In this document: piece after piece, positions 63,096 through 64,000 of the stretch | Numbering within the stretch: the stretch's first letter is position 1 | Layout: every line of letters begins with the position of its first letter | Assembly: GCA_951406725.2 (NCBI GenBank) | Contig: OX597817.1 | Coordinates: 37,944,001-38,008,000 of the forward strand | From: Octopus vulgaris | Lineage: Eukaryota | Reading direction: 5' to 3' | DNA: 64,000 nt | Translations under genes and position numbers: made by a program | The notes under the pieces: model-generated | Databases searched by the model: none | Told to the model about the DNA's origin: nothing | What the model saw: the letters and a program-made list of their open reading frames with translations, nothing else

Positions 63096-63213
63096 GCTAA
63101 ATTGATGAATGCCCTCATTGACTCTATGGTAAAGCGGAAACGCCAGCAGCAACAAGTCCGACCTCGCCGTTACAGTGAGCAGAGTTACGACTCAGTAGAT
63201 GGTGCTATATCAA
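63096..63213 (+). CDS. FRMD8: FRMD8-like exon (AKLMNALIDSMVKRKRQQQQVRPRRYSEQSYDSVDGAIS); gene continues beyond window
   Basis: TTTCAG acceptor, CAA|GTAAGA donor. Resembles 'AELMSSLIEYCIE'. Confidence 0.88.
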
Positions 63214-64000
63214 GTAAGATACTCAACTTTGTCTTCACCTTCACATTACAAAGCTAATCTTTAAATCCCTTTCAAGTAGCACTCTCAATATATAATTATC
63301 TAGGCTTGGATTTACTGAAGAAATCTTAATTGATCTCCTGTTCATTCTTAATTCACCTATTTTGAGGGCTTACCCTGACATCACCACTATCTTTATCTCT
63401 CTTTCCCCACTCCAACCCTCTCCTGTATGATGCAAGCAACTATATATCTCCTCTAGCAGAAAGCCAACCCCTCTCTACTGTAGTCCCACTTAATTTTCCA
63501 TTAAAGAAAAGAAAACGAAAGTAGATAATTTATTCAGTTGTTGGTAAAATTTAGCTAATCAGCAAATTTTAGGTTTTACAAACTTTTTAATCAAATCTCT
63601 TACTATTTACATGTGAGAGACTTGTCCCACCTATTTTTTGGTTACTAAGCTTTAGTGACATTCTATGCTTCATTTAAGGGTACATTATGCCTCCATTAGA
63701 ATTCATTTCATTAACTGTGAAAAGTTTTAGATTACTGACCAATGTAGTCCTCAATTTAGACCTAACCATAGCCAATGTCTTATGATTTTAGGTTAGATTG
63801 TCTCTAGTCTTAGATCTATTACATCAGGATTAACCAGGAAAGTGAGAACTAAACAAATACATACAATTTTACATTACATCTGAAGAAGGAAAAAAGGGAT
63901 GAGATGGCCATAGCTAGAACACCTTTGATCATAGACCTATTTACTCAATCAAAACTGACCTATGGCTAAATAAGAACAAGAACATTAGCTCTCAAAAGTT

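Noticed and set aside
49700-63213. KRIT1 as an alternative identity for the FERM gene
   Set aside because: Motif-by-motif similarity follows FRMD8, and no ankyrin-repeat exons were recognised upstream.

Overview
AT-rich, repeat-dense eukaryotic DNA. The SINE/RTE repertoire and microsatellite load point to an octopus (coleoid cephalopod) genome; this is an inference. One host gene is well supported: a + strand FRMD8/iTAP-like FERM-domain gene with 8 confident coding exons (49700-63213) and a probable upstream exon (44035-44109). All splice phases join in frame, and the gene continues past the window end. An apparently intact RTE-clade LINE lies on the - strand (ORF 32440-35562, 1040 aa) with an AP-endonuclease, an RT and a C4HC3 PHD-type finger after the RT core. 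The rest consists of three groups of tRNA-derived SINEs, RTE/CR1 fragments, two decayed DD37D (maT) transposons, hAT/pogo/piggyBac-like MITEs, a Helentron-type HINE and microsatellites. The most unusual signal is a set of hammerhead-ribozyme relics of the Penelope-like-element (PLE) type (9110, 16266, 22365, 25392). In addition, two long AT-rich foldback palindromes (24776-25129, 30441-31008) each carry a 3' half-hammerhead at the hinge. Several dsRNA-forming inverted repeats lie inside FRMD8 introns. Almost all ORFs in the supplied track are artefacts of microsatellites, SINEs or antisense LINE sequence.
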